Positions 55,304 to 64,000 of a stretch of 64,000 bases of DNA are shown here, piece after piece (the stretch's first letter is position 1; every line of letters begins with the position of its first letter). Under the pieces are notes generated by a model. It did not search any database, was not told the origin of the DNA, and saw only the letters and a program-made list of their open reading frames with translations. Location: assembly GCA_963790805.1 (NCBI GenBank), contig CAWBPL010000002.1:1148860-1212859 (forward strand), in the 5' to 3' direction. Made by a program: the position numbers and the translations under genes. The DNA comes from Candidatus Gottesmanbacteria bacterium. Lineage in GTDB: Bacteria > Patescibacteriota > Microgenomatia > UBA10105 > UBA927.

Positions 55304-56970
55304 ACTGTTGTTATTGGAACGATATTCAGTTTAAATTTTTTACCGGATTTTTGTACAATAATGTTCTTTTCCCAATCTCTGTTCATTTCTGGAAAATCAG
55401 TACGGCTATTCGCGCCCCTGCTTTCTTTGCGAAGTAATGCGGCTTCAATAACCGCTTGAGCTGTAACTAGCATATTGCACACTTCCAAACAGTCCTGCAA
55501 GTCCCTGTTTCTATAGGATTGACCAAACCGAGCGCGCATATGAGGGGCACGTTGAAGCAACTTTACTACCACACTTTTAGCCTTCTTCAGACTCGTTTCG
55601 TCCCGAAAAATTCCTACATTATTCCACATTGCTTTTTTCAATTCCTGCTCAATGATATGAGGCGGTTCTCCATCCTTACGTGAAATAAATCCGCCAATGC
55701 GACCAATCTCTTTTTTGACATCATCTATGGGCACTGCATCCTCATTTTTAACCTTTCCCACGTCACCAAGAGCGCCAAGAGCGGCCCGTCTTCCAACAAC
55801 CTGTCCTTCAGCGATAGAATTACCTCCTAATCTGTTGGCACCATGAATCCCGCCGACAACTTCTCCCGCCGCATATAAACCGGCCACGGAAGTTCTGCCC
55901 CAAACATCTATTTTTAATCCTCCCATCATGTGATGCATTGATGGGTACACTTCCATTGATTCTTTCGTTATATCAACACCGACGTTTTTGTATTGCTCAT
56001 AGACATCAGGAATCTGCTCTAATATTTTCTTTTTCGAAAGATGAGTGACGGAAAGGTACACTGCGTGATGTTTGTTTCCTCCGCCCGACGCAACTTCCTG
56101 ATAAATGCTTCTGCTTACTTCATCACGCTTGGCAAGCTCCATCTCCTTTGGAAAATATCGTTTCATGAAACGTTCACCGTCTTTATTGAGAAGTATTCCA
56201 CCCTGCGCTCTCACTTTTTCCGTTACCAGTACCCCGCGGCTTGAAGGAGGATATGCCATACCCGTAGGGTGAAACTGCACCATCTCCATATCAACCAAAT
56301 CCGCACCGGCATCCAGTGCCATAGCATATCCGTCCCCCGTATTTGAGGCCGCATTGGTTGTTACTTCATACATTCGTCCAGCCCCTCCTGTTGCCAGAAT
56401 CACTGCATGAGTCTGAAATACAACGTATTTGCCCGATTTCAAATTAATACCGATTGCTCCTGAGACCCTATTATCATTTTTCAAAAGCTTACTGACAAAA
56501 AACTCATCCGAGTAGGGAATGTGTAACTTCCTCGCTTGGTCAACTAAACCCTGCATCATTTCTCTACCTGTATAATCACCAACACAAATATTGAGGGGAT
56601 ATTTCTGCTTCGGGCCGCTCCAAACGTAAAAATCACCGTGATCTTTTCTATCAAATATCACTCCATACGTTTCAAGGTCCCTCACCCGATCGGGCATTTC
56701 TTCGGTAAACGCCTTTACCAGAGGCATGTTGTTAATGCCATACCCGCCTTCAATGGTAATTTCAGCGTGAAATGCCGGTGTCGCAGGGGGCTCAACAGCA
56801 GCGTTCATTCCCCCCATAGCCATACCGGTATGTGCACAACCCAATACTTCCTTCCCCAGCAAAAAAACATCGGCTCCCTGCGCTTTTGCTTCAATTGCAG
56901 CGCGAAGCCCCGCTCCACCCGCGCCGATAACTAAAATATCCGTCTTTATCTGATCAAATGATTGATCCAT
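55300..56970 (-). CDS. Succinate dehydrogenase/fumarate reductase-like flavoprotein subunit
   Basis: DILVIGAGGAGLRAA, AHTGMAMGG (FAD-His motif), QFHPTG, TEKVRAQGG, HHMMGG, GANRLGGNS. Confidence 0.85.
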   Translation of the reverse strand: MDQSFDQIKTDILVIGAGGAGLRAAIEAKAQGADVFLLGKEVLGCAHTGMAMGGMNAAVEPPATPAFHAEITIEGGYGINNMPLVKAFTEEMPDRVRDLETYGVIFDRKDHGDFYVWSGPKQKYPLNICVGDYTGREMMQGLVDQARKLHIPYSDEFFVSKLLKNDNRVSGAIGINLKSGKYVVFQTHAVILATGGAGRMYEVTTNAASNTGDGYAMALDAGADLVDMEMVQFHPTGMAYPPSSRGVLVTEKVRAQGGILLNKDGERFMKRYFPKEMELAKRDEVSRSIYQEVASGGGNKHHAVYLSVTHLSKKKILEQIPDVYEQYKNVGVDITKESMEVYPSMHHMMGGLKIDVWGRTSVAGLYAAGEVVGGIHGANRLGGNSIAEGQVVGRRAALGALGDVGKVKNEDAVPIDDVKKEIGRIGGFISRKDGEPPHIIEQELKKAMWNNVGIFRDETSLKKAKSVVVKLLQRAPHMRARFGQSYRNRDLQDCLEVCNMLVTAQAVIEAALLRKESRGANSRTDFPEMNRDWEKNIIVQKSGKKFKLNIVPITTV

Positions 56971-56972
56971 GG

Positions 56973-57911
56973 TTATTTATGTAATACAAGAGATAACAGT
57001 GCCATCCGCACAAACATGCCGTTTTGCATTTCCTCCCGAAGGTATACAGCACGCGGATCAGCATCTACTTCCTTTTCTATCTCTGCTACTCTGGGAAACG
57101 GGTGCATAACAATTGCGTCCTTCTTTAGATTCTTCATCGTGTCGCGCGTTATGACAAAACGGTCCTTCAGTTTTTCATACACATCCAGATTGTTAAACCG
57201 CTCTTTTTGCACCCGCGTCACATACAGAACATCGGTTTGATTTAAAAAATCGTTCAGCTCTTCGCGTTCATCAACTCCAACTCCCAAAGATTTAATTTTA
57301 CCCACGATATCGACGGGCATCCGCAATTCAGGCGGAGCGACAAGATAAATTGCTTTTGGTTTATAAAGTAATAACAATGTAGTAAGAGAATGAACCGTAC
57401 GGCCGTTGAGAAGATCACCGACGAGTGTTATCGTTCGTCCGTCAACAGAGCCGAAATGGTCCATAATCGTAAACATATCCAAAAGTGCCTGCGTTGGATG
57501 TTCGCCGATGCCATCTCCCGCATTAATAATCGGCTTATCGCAAACATCGGCGGCAATCTTTGCTGCACCAACCATAGGATGGCGAAGAACGATAACGTCC
57601 GAAAAACTCGAGAATGTCTGTATCGTGTCCTCAAGAGTTTCGCCTTTCGCGACAGAGGAGTACGTTACTCCTTGAAGCGGTATAAACCCGCCGCCAAGCC
57701 GCTGGATAGCAGCTACAAATGATCCGAAGGTTCTGCTTGATGGTTCATAAAAAAGCGCTGTCATAATTTTTCCGTGTAGTTCATTGGAAGCGCCTTCTTC
57801 TTTGACGAGACGCCGCATTTCTCCTGCTTTTTTTATAACTTCGGCTACATCGGAAGCATCAAACTGTGCGGCCGAGAGAATATCGGATTGAAAAAATTTG
57901 TTTTGCTTCAT
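56973..57911 (-). CDS. pyrB: Aspartate carbamoyltransferase catalytic subunit
   Basis: EPSSRTFGSF, HPTQALLD, HPFPR. No pyrI follows. Confidence 0.9.
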   Translation of the reverse strand: MKQNKFFQSDILSAAQFDASDVAEVIKKAGEMRRLVKEEGASNELHGKIMTALFYEPSSRTFGSFVAAIQRLGGGFIPLQGVTYSSVAKGETLEDTIQTFSSFSDVIVLRHPMVGAAKIAADVCDKPIINAGDGIGEHPTQALLDMFTIMDHFGSVDGRTITLVGDLLNGRTVHSLTTLLLLYKPKAIYLVAPPELRMPVDIVGKIKSLGVGVDEREELNDFLNQTDVLYVTRVQKERFNNLDVYEKLKDRFVITRDTMKNLKKDAIVMHPFPRVAEIEKEVDADPRAVYLREEMQNGMFVRMALLSLVLHK

Positions 57912-57919
57912 ATTCCTCC

Positions 57920-60900
57920 TTATTGGTACTCACTCCATGCTACTATGTTAAGATCTTTGAGGGAATAGCGAGACATAGATTCCACAAATAATCGGGCAGA
58001 TTCGGCATTCGTAAATATAGGAATCCCTAAATCGATTGACATACGCCGCATATGATATCCGTCTGACAATCCCTTTTCAACCTGGGACCTCACCGCATCG
58101 GTAAAACGCTCAGGAAGTACAACTGAAAATCCGATTGTTTTTTCTTTCAACAGGTCAGCGTAGTTCGGATGCTTGCTTTCGTGTAGCTTTTCAACGCGAT
58201 GAGACGGGATTCCGTTACTTTCTAAAAACGCATGCGTTCCGAAGGTGGCATAGAGCGTATATTTCATATCAATAAGCGTTTGAGCCGCCGACAAAAACAG
58301 CTGTTTCCCCTCATCTCCCCCTAAGCTTAAAAAGACAGCTTTCTTCTGCGGATACTGCGTACCGGTTGCAAAAAGAGATTTTAAATAGGCTTCATAAATG
58401 TCTTTACCAAATGCCGCAACTTCACCAGTCGAGCTCATCTCTACGCGAAGGACGGGATCTGCTCCACGAAGACGGCGGAACGAAAACTGCGGGACTTTAA
58501 CCGTCACGTGGTGAAGCGCCTCAGGCTTAATTGGAGCAACCTTCTTCCCTAATGCAATATCCGTTGCTATCGTGATAAAATTATTCTTCATTGCTTTGCT
58601 GACAAAGGGTATGCTTCGGGATGCCCGAAGATTGCATTCAATCACATAGGGATCGCCTTTGTAAACGAGAAATTGTATATTAAATGGCCCCGTAACTTTC
58701 AGCGCTCGTATGATTTGAGACGCCTTTTCTTTAATTGTTGATTGCATTTCCAATGAAAGTGAGTAAGCAGGCAATACGAGCGTTGCGTCGCCGGAATGAA
58801 CTCCGCCTTTTTCAACATGCTCGGATAATGCATAGATTATAAGCTTTCCGTTATCACTAACTCCGTCAAAATCGCATTCAATCGCACCGCGCAAAAATCT
58901 GGTCATAACCAATGAATACTCTCGCATGTGACTATCCGCCGCCTTTAAATACTCGCGTAATTGTTCTTCCGTTTCTATAACAAGCATCGCTTTGCCGGAA
59001 AGGACAAACGACGGCCTGATAAGGACGGGAAAACCGATTCGCTTCGCTTCGCGAATGGACTGTTTTTCTGTATGTGCCTCGCTCCAATAAGGCTGTGCGA
59101 TCTTAAGTTTGTCGAGAAGTCCGCTAAATATGCTCCTGTCTTCCGCCTGAACGATAGTCTTCGCGTTTGACCCCAAAAGCGGAATTTTGCGCGCATCGAG
59201 TTTCGGAGCCAAATTATTAGGAATCTGACCCCCGACTGAAACGACGAATGGTGATTTCTCAATATCGTAAATATCTAAGACTCTCTCAAGACTTAATTCT
59301 TCAAAATACAAATAATCAGTTATATCGTAATCCGTTGATACGGTTTCAGGATTACAATTCACCGTTACCGTCTTTTTACCGTCCGCCCGAAGACGCGCTA
59401 CCGTATTGACTGCACACCAGTCGAATTCTACGGATGTTCCAATTGAATACGGTCCGCCGCCAAGAACGATCACTTTTTCTTCTTTTGGATCTGCTCTATG
59501 GTCAGATTGGGTTGCGGCATAGGTCATATACAAATAGTTTGTTTTTGCCGGAAACTCACCGGCCATAGTATCAATGCGCTTTACTGCCGGCAGAATACCC
59601 ATGGTTTTTCGAATAGAACGCACTTTATCCTCTGAAGTATTTCTGACCCAGCCGATTTGCTTGTCTGAAAAGCCCTGCCGTTTTGCGTCTTTAAGAAGAA
59701 CGCTTGTTAGTTTTTTACTCTGCTTAAGTTGTTTATACGTGTCCACGATCCGGCGAAGACAAGCTAAAAACCATGGGTCAATTCCGGTAAGCGAATATAT
59801 TGTCTCAATGGTCATTCCCTTTGAAAGGGCGGATCCGATTGCAAACAGCCGTTTTGCGTCGGGTTCTTTCAGCCGGCGCCGGAGCGAATTGATATCATAT
59901 TCCATCTCCTGCTCATCAATCACGCCTTCATAGCCCTGATTAAGCATCCGTACGGCTTTCTGTATCGCTTCCTTAAAGGTTCTTGCTATACTCATTACTT
60001 CACCGACGCTTTTCATTTCGCTGCCGATATGTAAATCCACGTTCGTATATTTCTCAAGATCCCATCGCGGAATTTTAACGACGACGTAATCAAGCGCCGG
60101 TTCAAAAAAAGCTGATGTTTGCCCAGTTACGGAATTTTTCAGTTCAGGAAGTTTTTTCCCAATGGCGAGTTTTGCCGCAATATACGCAAGCGGATAGCCG
60201 GTGGCCTTTGAGGCAAGCGCACTGGAACGGGAAAGTCGTGCATTTACTTCAATAATGCGGTACTCACCATTTTTAGGATTTAAAGCGTATTGAATGTTAC
60301 ATTCCCCGACGATCTTCAACTCCCGGATCGTATCAATGGCAATTTGGCGAAGCCCGTAATATTCTTCATTGGTAAGCGTCTGTGAGGGCGCGATAACTAT
60401 GGATTCGCCGGTATGAATTCCAACCGGATCAAAATTTTCCATATTACAAACGGTAATACAATTATCATCCGTATCGCGTACAACTTCATATTCGATCTCT
60501 TTCCATCCGTACAAACATTCTTCAATGATTACCTGTGATGATGTTGCAAACGCGTTGGTAAGAAGTGTTTGAAGCATCTTTTTGTCCGAAGCAACACCGC
60601 TCCCTGTGCCCCCGAGCGCAAAACCCGTTCGAAGCATGACAGGGTACCCTAGTTTTTGCGCGTATTTCATGCCCTCTTCCACGCTGTAAGCGATTTTTCC
60701 CGTGGCGGTTTTTAGCCCAATGCTATGAAGTCGTTTTGCAAACAGTTCACGATCCTCAGTGTCAATCACCGTTTGAATGGGCGTTCCCAACACTTCGACG
60801 TTATATTTTGTAAAAATTCCGCGTTTATGGAGCTCTATGCCGCAATTCAGAGCAGTCTGTCCTCCGAAAGATAAAAGAATGCCGTCAGGTTTTTCTTTTT

Positions 60901-61126
60901 CAATAACCCGCGTTACAAAATCAGCGGTAACTGGAAGAAAATAAATCTCGTCGGCAAGTCCCTTCGATGTCTGAATGGTCGCAATATTGGGATTTACCAG
61001 TATAATTTTCTTTCCTTCTTCCTTCAACGCTTTAATAGCCTGAGTTCCTGAATAATCAAACTCACCGGCTTCGCCTATCTTAAGCGCTCCGGAACCTAAT
61101 ATGAGTATTTTTTGTATTGTTTTCAT
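57920..61126 (-). CDS. carB: Carbamoyl-phosphate synthase large subunit
   Basis: Duplicated ATP-grasp halves, ILILGSGALKIGEAGEFDYSG. ATGA overlap with carA when the start is set at 61126. Confidence 0.95.
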   Translation of the reverse strand: MKTIQKILILGSGALKIGEAGEFDYSGTQAIKALKEEGKKIILVNPNIATIQTSKGLADEIYFLPVTADFVTRVIEKEKPDGILLSFGGQTALNCGIELHKRGIFTKYNVEVLGTPIQTVIDTEDRELFAKRLHSIGLKTATGKIAYSVEEGMKYAQKLGYPVMLRTGFALGGTGSGVASDKKMLQTLLTNAFATSSQVIIEECLYGWKEIEYEVVRDTDDNCITVCNMENFDPVGIHTGESIVIAPSQTLTNEEYYGLRQIAIDTIRELKIVGECNIQYALNPKNGEYRIIEVNARLSRSSALASKATGYPLAYIAAKLAIGKKLPELKNSVTGQTSAFFEPALDYVVVKIPRWDLEKYTNVDLHIGSEMKSVGEVMSIARTFKEAIQKAVRMLNQGYEGVIDEQEMEYDINSLRRRLKEPDAKRLFAIGSALSKGMTIETIYSLTGIDPWFLACLRRIVDTYKQLKQSKKLTSVLLKDAKRQGFSDKQIGWVRNTSEDKVRSIRKTMGILPAVKRIDTMAGEFPAKTNYLYMTYAATQSDHRADPKEEKVIVLGGGPYSIGTSVEFDWCAVNTVARLRADGKKTVTVNCNPETVSTDYDITDYLYFEELSLERVLDIYDIEKSPFVVSVGGQIPNNLAPKLDARKIPLLGSNAKTIVQAEDRSIFSGLLDKLKIAQPYWSEAHTEKQSIREAKRIGFPVLIRPSFVLSGKAMLVIETEEQLREYLKAADSHMREYSLVMTRFLRGAIECDFDGVSDNGKLIIYALSEHVEKGGVHSGDATLVLPAYSLSLEMQSTIKEKASQIIRALKVTGPFNIQFLVYKGDPYVIECNLRASRSIPFVSKAMKNNFITIATDIALGKKVAPIKPEALHHVTVKVPQFSFRRLRGADPVLRVEMSSTGEVAAFGKDIYEAYLKSLFATGTQYPQKKAVFLSLGGDEGKQLFLSAAQTLIDMKYTLYATFGTHAFLESNGIPSHRVEKLHESKHPNYADLLKEKTIGFSVVLPERFTDAVRSQVEKGLSDGYHMRRMSIDLGIPIFTNAESARLFVESMSRYSLKDLNIVAWSEYQ

Positions 61127-62190
61127 TTTTTGAGCAGTGAAAATATCCAATTCGTATCAAACGGCCCTGGACTGCCTTCTGGATGAAACTGCGTACTCCA
61201 GATTTTACGATCAGAATTCTGTAATCCTTCATTGGTACCATCATTAAGGTTTACAAACCATTCTGTAAATCCCCTCGGAAGAGTTTCACGCTTTACTGCA
61301 TACCCGTGATTTTGGCTCGTAACATACGCTTTATTAGTGATTGTATCGCGGCAGGGCTGATTTAAGCCTCTGTGCCCGTAGGGTAATTTATAGGTATCGG
61401 CGCCGATGGCGAGTGCCACCAGCTGATGCCCCAGACATATGCCCAAAAATGGAATATTTGCTTTGATAACTCGTTGTATATGTTCTACTGTTATCGCGCA
61501 ATCTTTTGGATCACCCGGCCCGTTTGAACAAACCACTCCATCAATACCTGCTATGTGCTTCATCGGATCTTCATCCCAAGGAATTCTTAGAACTTCATAA
61601 CCGTTCACCAATAACTCACGCAGGATTCCGTGTTTCACACCGCAGTCGATAAGAAGTATTCGTTTGCCGAACGATTTTATTGGCTTATAGGCTATAACTT
61701 CTGGCAAACTCACTTTAGAAACGAGGTTTTTAAGCACAGAGTCATCGAAATGATACCCTTTTGTTCTTGATATTGCGCCAAGCATGACTCCTTTTTCCCG
61801 AAGTTTCAAGGTTAATGCACGCGTGTCAATATGGGAGATAGCTGGCACTTTTTGGCTTTTAAGCCACGAAGACAACGAAACTTCCATCTGATAATGCGAC
61901 GGGGTCTCAAGATGAGATGAGACAACGACACCCTGCACTTGAATCCGCTCAGATTCAAAATTTTTCATGAGGTGGGAATACTGATATATCGGCTTTGGCA
62001 CTCCGTAGTTTCCGATAAGCGGATAGGTAAACACCAGTATCTGGCTTGCAAATGACGGATCAGTCAAACTTTGGGGATATCCCGTCATTCCGGTCGAAAA
62101 TACGACTTCACCACACGAATCGCCGTCATATCCGCAGCTTAAACCCTCAATACTCGTACCGTCTTCTAGATGTAAATAGATTTTTTGCAT
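61123..62190 (-). CDS. carA: Carbamoyl-phosphate synthase small (glutaminase) subunit
   Basis: GICLGHQ catalytic Cys and QFHPE. 355 aa. Confidence 0.95.
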   Translation of the reverse strand: MQKIYLHLEDGTSIEGLSCGYDGDSCGEVVFSTGMTGYPQSLTDPSFASQILVFTYPLIGNYGVPKPIYQYSHLMKNFESERIQVQGVVVSSHLETPSHYQMEVSLSSWLKSQKVPAISHIDTRALTLKLREKGVMLGAISRTKGYHFDDSVLKNLVSKVSLPEVIAYKPIKSFGKRILLIDCGVKHGILRELLVNGYEVLRIPWDEDPMKHIAGIDGVVCSNGPGDPKDCAITVEHIQRVIKANIPFLGICLGHQLVALAIGADTYKLPYGHRGLNQPCRDTITNKAYVTSQNHGYAVKRETLPRGFTEWFVNLNDGTNEGLQNSDRKIWSTQFHPEGSPGPFDTNWIFSLLKK

Positions 62191-62273
62191 AAAAAAGGCC
62201 CCTTATGGGCCTTGATGCTAATTTTATATGGATGGATAATTCGGCAAATCAAAATAATATTCCTTTCAATCAT
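62166..62273 (-). CDS. Candidate 35-aa leader peptide of the pyrimidine operon
   Basis: AGGAG-taacga-ATG. Encodes MIERNIILICRIIHPYKISIKAHKGPFLCKKSIYI*. It reads through the terminator hairpin and 25 nt into carA in another frame. Confidence 0.35.
   Translation of the reverse strand: MIERNIILICRIIHPYKISIKAHKGPFLCKKSIYI
62191..62213 (-). terminator. Intrinsic-terminator hairpin abutting the carA start codon (candidate pyr attenuator)
   Basis: Minus strand AAGGCCC-auaag-GGGCCUU-UUUU-AUG. The 3' arm contains the carA SD (AAGGGG, 8 nt from the AUG). Confidence 0.6.
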
Positions 62274-62292
62274 TCGTTACTCCTGAACTAAT

Positions 62293-62321
62293 AGTCTACG
62301 AATCTGACATTTTTCTGTCAA
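62293..62321 (-). promoter_or_regulatory. Promoter of the pyrimidine operon
   Basis: Minus strand TTGACA-17 nt-TAGACT, followed directly by the 12-mer ATTAGTTCAGGA (62292-62281), which recurs at 62379-62368. Confidence 0.55.
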
Positions 62322-62499
62322 GAAGGAATCTGGGTGGTGATCCAGCCACAACAAGGGACATATGATATCCTGAACTAATCGACGATGGCTTGACGCGCTC
62401 TTCATAGCCCCTCACTAAGCATAACCAGACTCTTTCCTCTCGTGATATGAATTGTAAATTTGCAGCCTAGGTGTATAATCTCGGTGTATATGATGGCAT

Positions 62500-63525
62500 T
62501 TGTTAAATGAACGCTATTTTGGTATCTCCTACGATGCTGAAATAATCTCCATTATGATAAAAAAATTCAAAAAATTAGTAGTCTTTGATAATGTCCTTCT
62601 CACTCCCCAACATAGAGAGCGATTAATACAATCGGCTGAGATAGTCAAATTCTATCCCAAGACAGAAGACCAATCCGTTATAAAAGAACAAATCAGAGAT
62701 GCAGACGCGGTCATTAATTGTTGGACCGTTATTACTGAAGAATCATTAAAAGGGAGTTCGGTAAAATATATCGGGAATTGGGGCCATTGGTGGAAACATA
62801 GGATTACCCTCAGTGAACAACGGCTAAAAGAACTGGGAATTTATCTTGACTATATTCCTGACTACGGCACTGATGCTGTTGCTGAGATTGTGTGGGCTGG
62901 AATTTTATCCCTTGCCAGAAATTTCGAACGGTGGCATAAAGATGCCGCAACAGGAAAATGGGTCTTTGAAAATATAAAAAACGGACAAAAACAAGTTGAT
63001 ATCGCAAACGTCTCCGAACATTTAATTACCGGCAAGACCTTAGGGATTGTCGGTATGGGCAGAATTGGTTATCGTGTAGCACAAATAGGCATAAATGGTT
63101 TTGGTGTGAATGTGTTATACAACTCAAGAACGAGAAAAAAAGAATTGGAAGGCGAAAATTTCCAATACGTTTCCCTACCCGAGCTTTTTCGCCAAAGCGA
63201 CATCATTTCCGTCCATGTCTCACCTGACACCCCGAAATATCTGATCTCCAAAAAACTTCTGGAATCCATGAAGCCAGGAGCTATTTTCGTCAATACGAGT
63301 ACCGGCAATTCAATCGATCAGACAGCACTTGTTGAGATTCTAAAGAAAGGAAAAATCAAAGCGTTTTTGGACGTGTATGAACAATTTCCGCCAAGAAAAG
63401 AATTGAAAGATTTACCCAACGTCATTTTCACCTATCGGCTTGGTTGGTTTACGACGGAATCTCTCCAACGAAAAGCTGGTATTCTGGTTTCAAATATTGA
63501 AAAATATTTGGAAAAAAAACATTGA
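62500..63525 (+). CDS. D-isomer-specific 2-hydroxyacid dehydrogenase family protein
   Basis: GKTLGIVGMGRIGYRVAQ NAD-binding motif. The true start is possibly the Met at 62554. TTGTAA-16-TATAAT promoter at 62452-62479. Confidence 0.8.
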   Translation: MLNERYFGISYDAEIISIMIKKFKKLVVFDNVLLTPQHRERLIQSAEIVKFYPKTEDQSVIKEQIRDADAVINCWTVITEESLKGSSVKYIGNWGHWWKHRITLSEQRLKELGIYLDYIPDYGTDAVAEIVWAGILSLARNFERWHKDAATGKWVFENIKNGQKQVDIANVSEHLITGKTLGIVGMGRIGYRVAQIGINGFGVNVLYNSRTRKKELEGENFQYVSLPELFRQSDIISVHVSPDTPKYLISKKLLESMKPGAIFVNTSTGNSIDQTALVEILKKGKIKAFLDVYEQFPPRKELKDLPNVIFTYRLGWFTTESLQRKAGILVSNIEKYLEKKH

Positions 63526-63529
63526 CTTC

Positions 63530-63910
63530 ATGAAATTCCAAAAAATTTCCACAATCCTTATTTGGTCCGAAAACTACAAACCACTCGCAGATTGGTATCA
63601 ACATACATTCGATTTGAAGATAGAAAAAACAATCAATCATCCGATGGACACCGGAGTGCGCTTTGAATTTCCGGATGGCGGCGTGGGACTCTGGGTCGGT
63701 GCTCACTCCAAAGTAAAAGGCAAAAACCGCGAACCTGACCGAATAATGTTTAATATTACCGTGGATTCGGTCCAAGCTGCGTATGAAGAATTAAAACGGA
63801 AGGGGGTCACATTTTTTGCGACTCCTTTCAAGGCACCGACGATGGAAAAATATTGCGCAACTTTGTACGATCCTGATGGAAACCTCATTCAGATTTTTGG
63901 ATCAAAATAA
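63530..63910 (+). CDS. Glyoxalase/VOC-family protein
   Basis: About 126 aa with a paired beta-alpha-beta-beta-beta pattern and the C-terminal end DPDGNLIQIF. Start moved to MKFQK. Confidence 0.65.
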   Translation: MKFQKISTILIWSENYKPLADWYQHTFDLKIEKTINHPMDTGVRFEFPDGGVGLWVGAHSKVKGKNREPDRIMFNITVDSVQAAYEELKRKGVTFFATPFKAPTMEKYCATLYDPDGNLIQIFGSK

Positions 63911-64000
63911 GCTGATGATGACTACTCTTCACCGGTTTTCGCTTCTTTACATTACTCGCTAAAGCCGCGTCTTCATCACTATGCCACCCTACTGAGGTAT

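Noticed and set aside
62191-62400. A PyrR binding loop in the pyr leader
   Set aside because: The only similar string (GATCCAGCCACAA) is on the wrong (plus) strand and does not match the PyrR consensus. No pyrR gene is visible; the upp here looks like a plain UPRTase.
1-64000. CRISPR arrays, rRNA genes, transposases, integrases, reverse transcriptases or recognisable defence-system genes
   Set aside because: I saw no regularly spaced repeats, no rRNA-like sequence and no ORF with recombinase, RT, Cas or restriction motifs. The minimal NTase at 6168-6749 has no HEPN partner, so I did not call a toxin-antitoxin or defence system.

Overview
This is a bacterial window with about 42-45% GC and small, tightly packed genes, many joined by 4-nt ATGA stop/start overlaps. 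It looks like an uncultivated, reduced-genome lineage such as CPR/Patescibacteria, but that placement is inference only. It divides into three parts. (1) 1-3.8 kb holds a repair operon on the minus strand (small ORF, dinB, rarA, NUDIX), a divergent tdk and tRNA-Glu. (2) 3.8-31 kb is accessory or envelope-related. Directly 3' of tRNA-Glu lies an array of single orphan genes, each ending in a copy of a repeat that resembles the tRNA-Glu 3' end. After it come transporters (VIT1, P-type ATPase, MFS, CDF), a pilin, msrB, an MshA/BshA-like GT4 plus LmbE deacetylase pair, a tandem GH130, a PMT/ArnT-like GT, and tRNA-Lys flanked by partial copies of itself. (3) 32-62 kb is an uninterrupted minus-strand nucleotide-biosynthesis supercluster of about 30 kb. 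A pyrimidine operon runs carA-carB-pyrB-[sdhA/frdA-like]-[sdhB/frdB-like]-pyrC-aspA-LOG-pyrF-PRT-MTase-pyrE-upp. A purine operon follows: purF-purN-purD-purSL-purQ-purP-purP-purB-purE-purC-purM. The cluster ends with a frameshift-split pyrG. The most interesting observation is an anchorless two-subunit succinate dehydrogenase/fumarate reductase-like flavoenzyme wedged between pyrB and pyrC. Its Fe-S subunit has lost all three 3Fe-4S ligands, and I can recognise no pyrD in the window, so I propose it as a candidate non-canonical dihydroorotate-oxidising module. Both operons are preceded by sigma70-like promoters and leaders that end in intrinsic-terminator hairpins next to the first start codon, which makes them candidate attenuators or riboswitches. 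All calls rest on motif recognition by eye. No database search was run.
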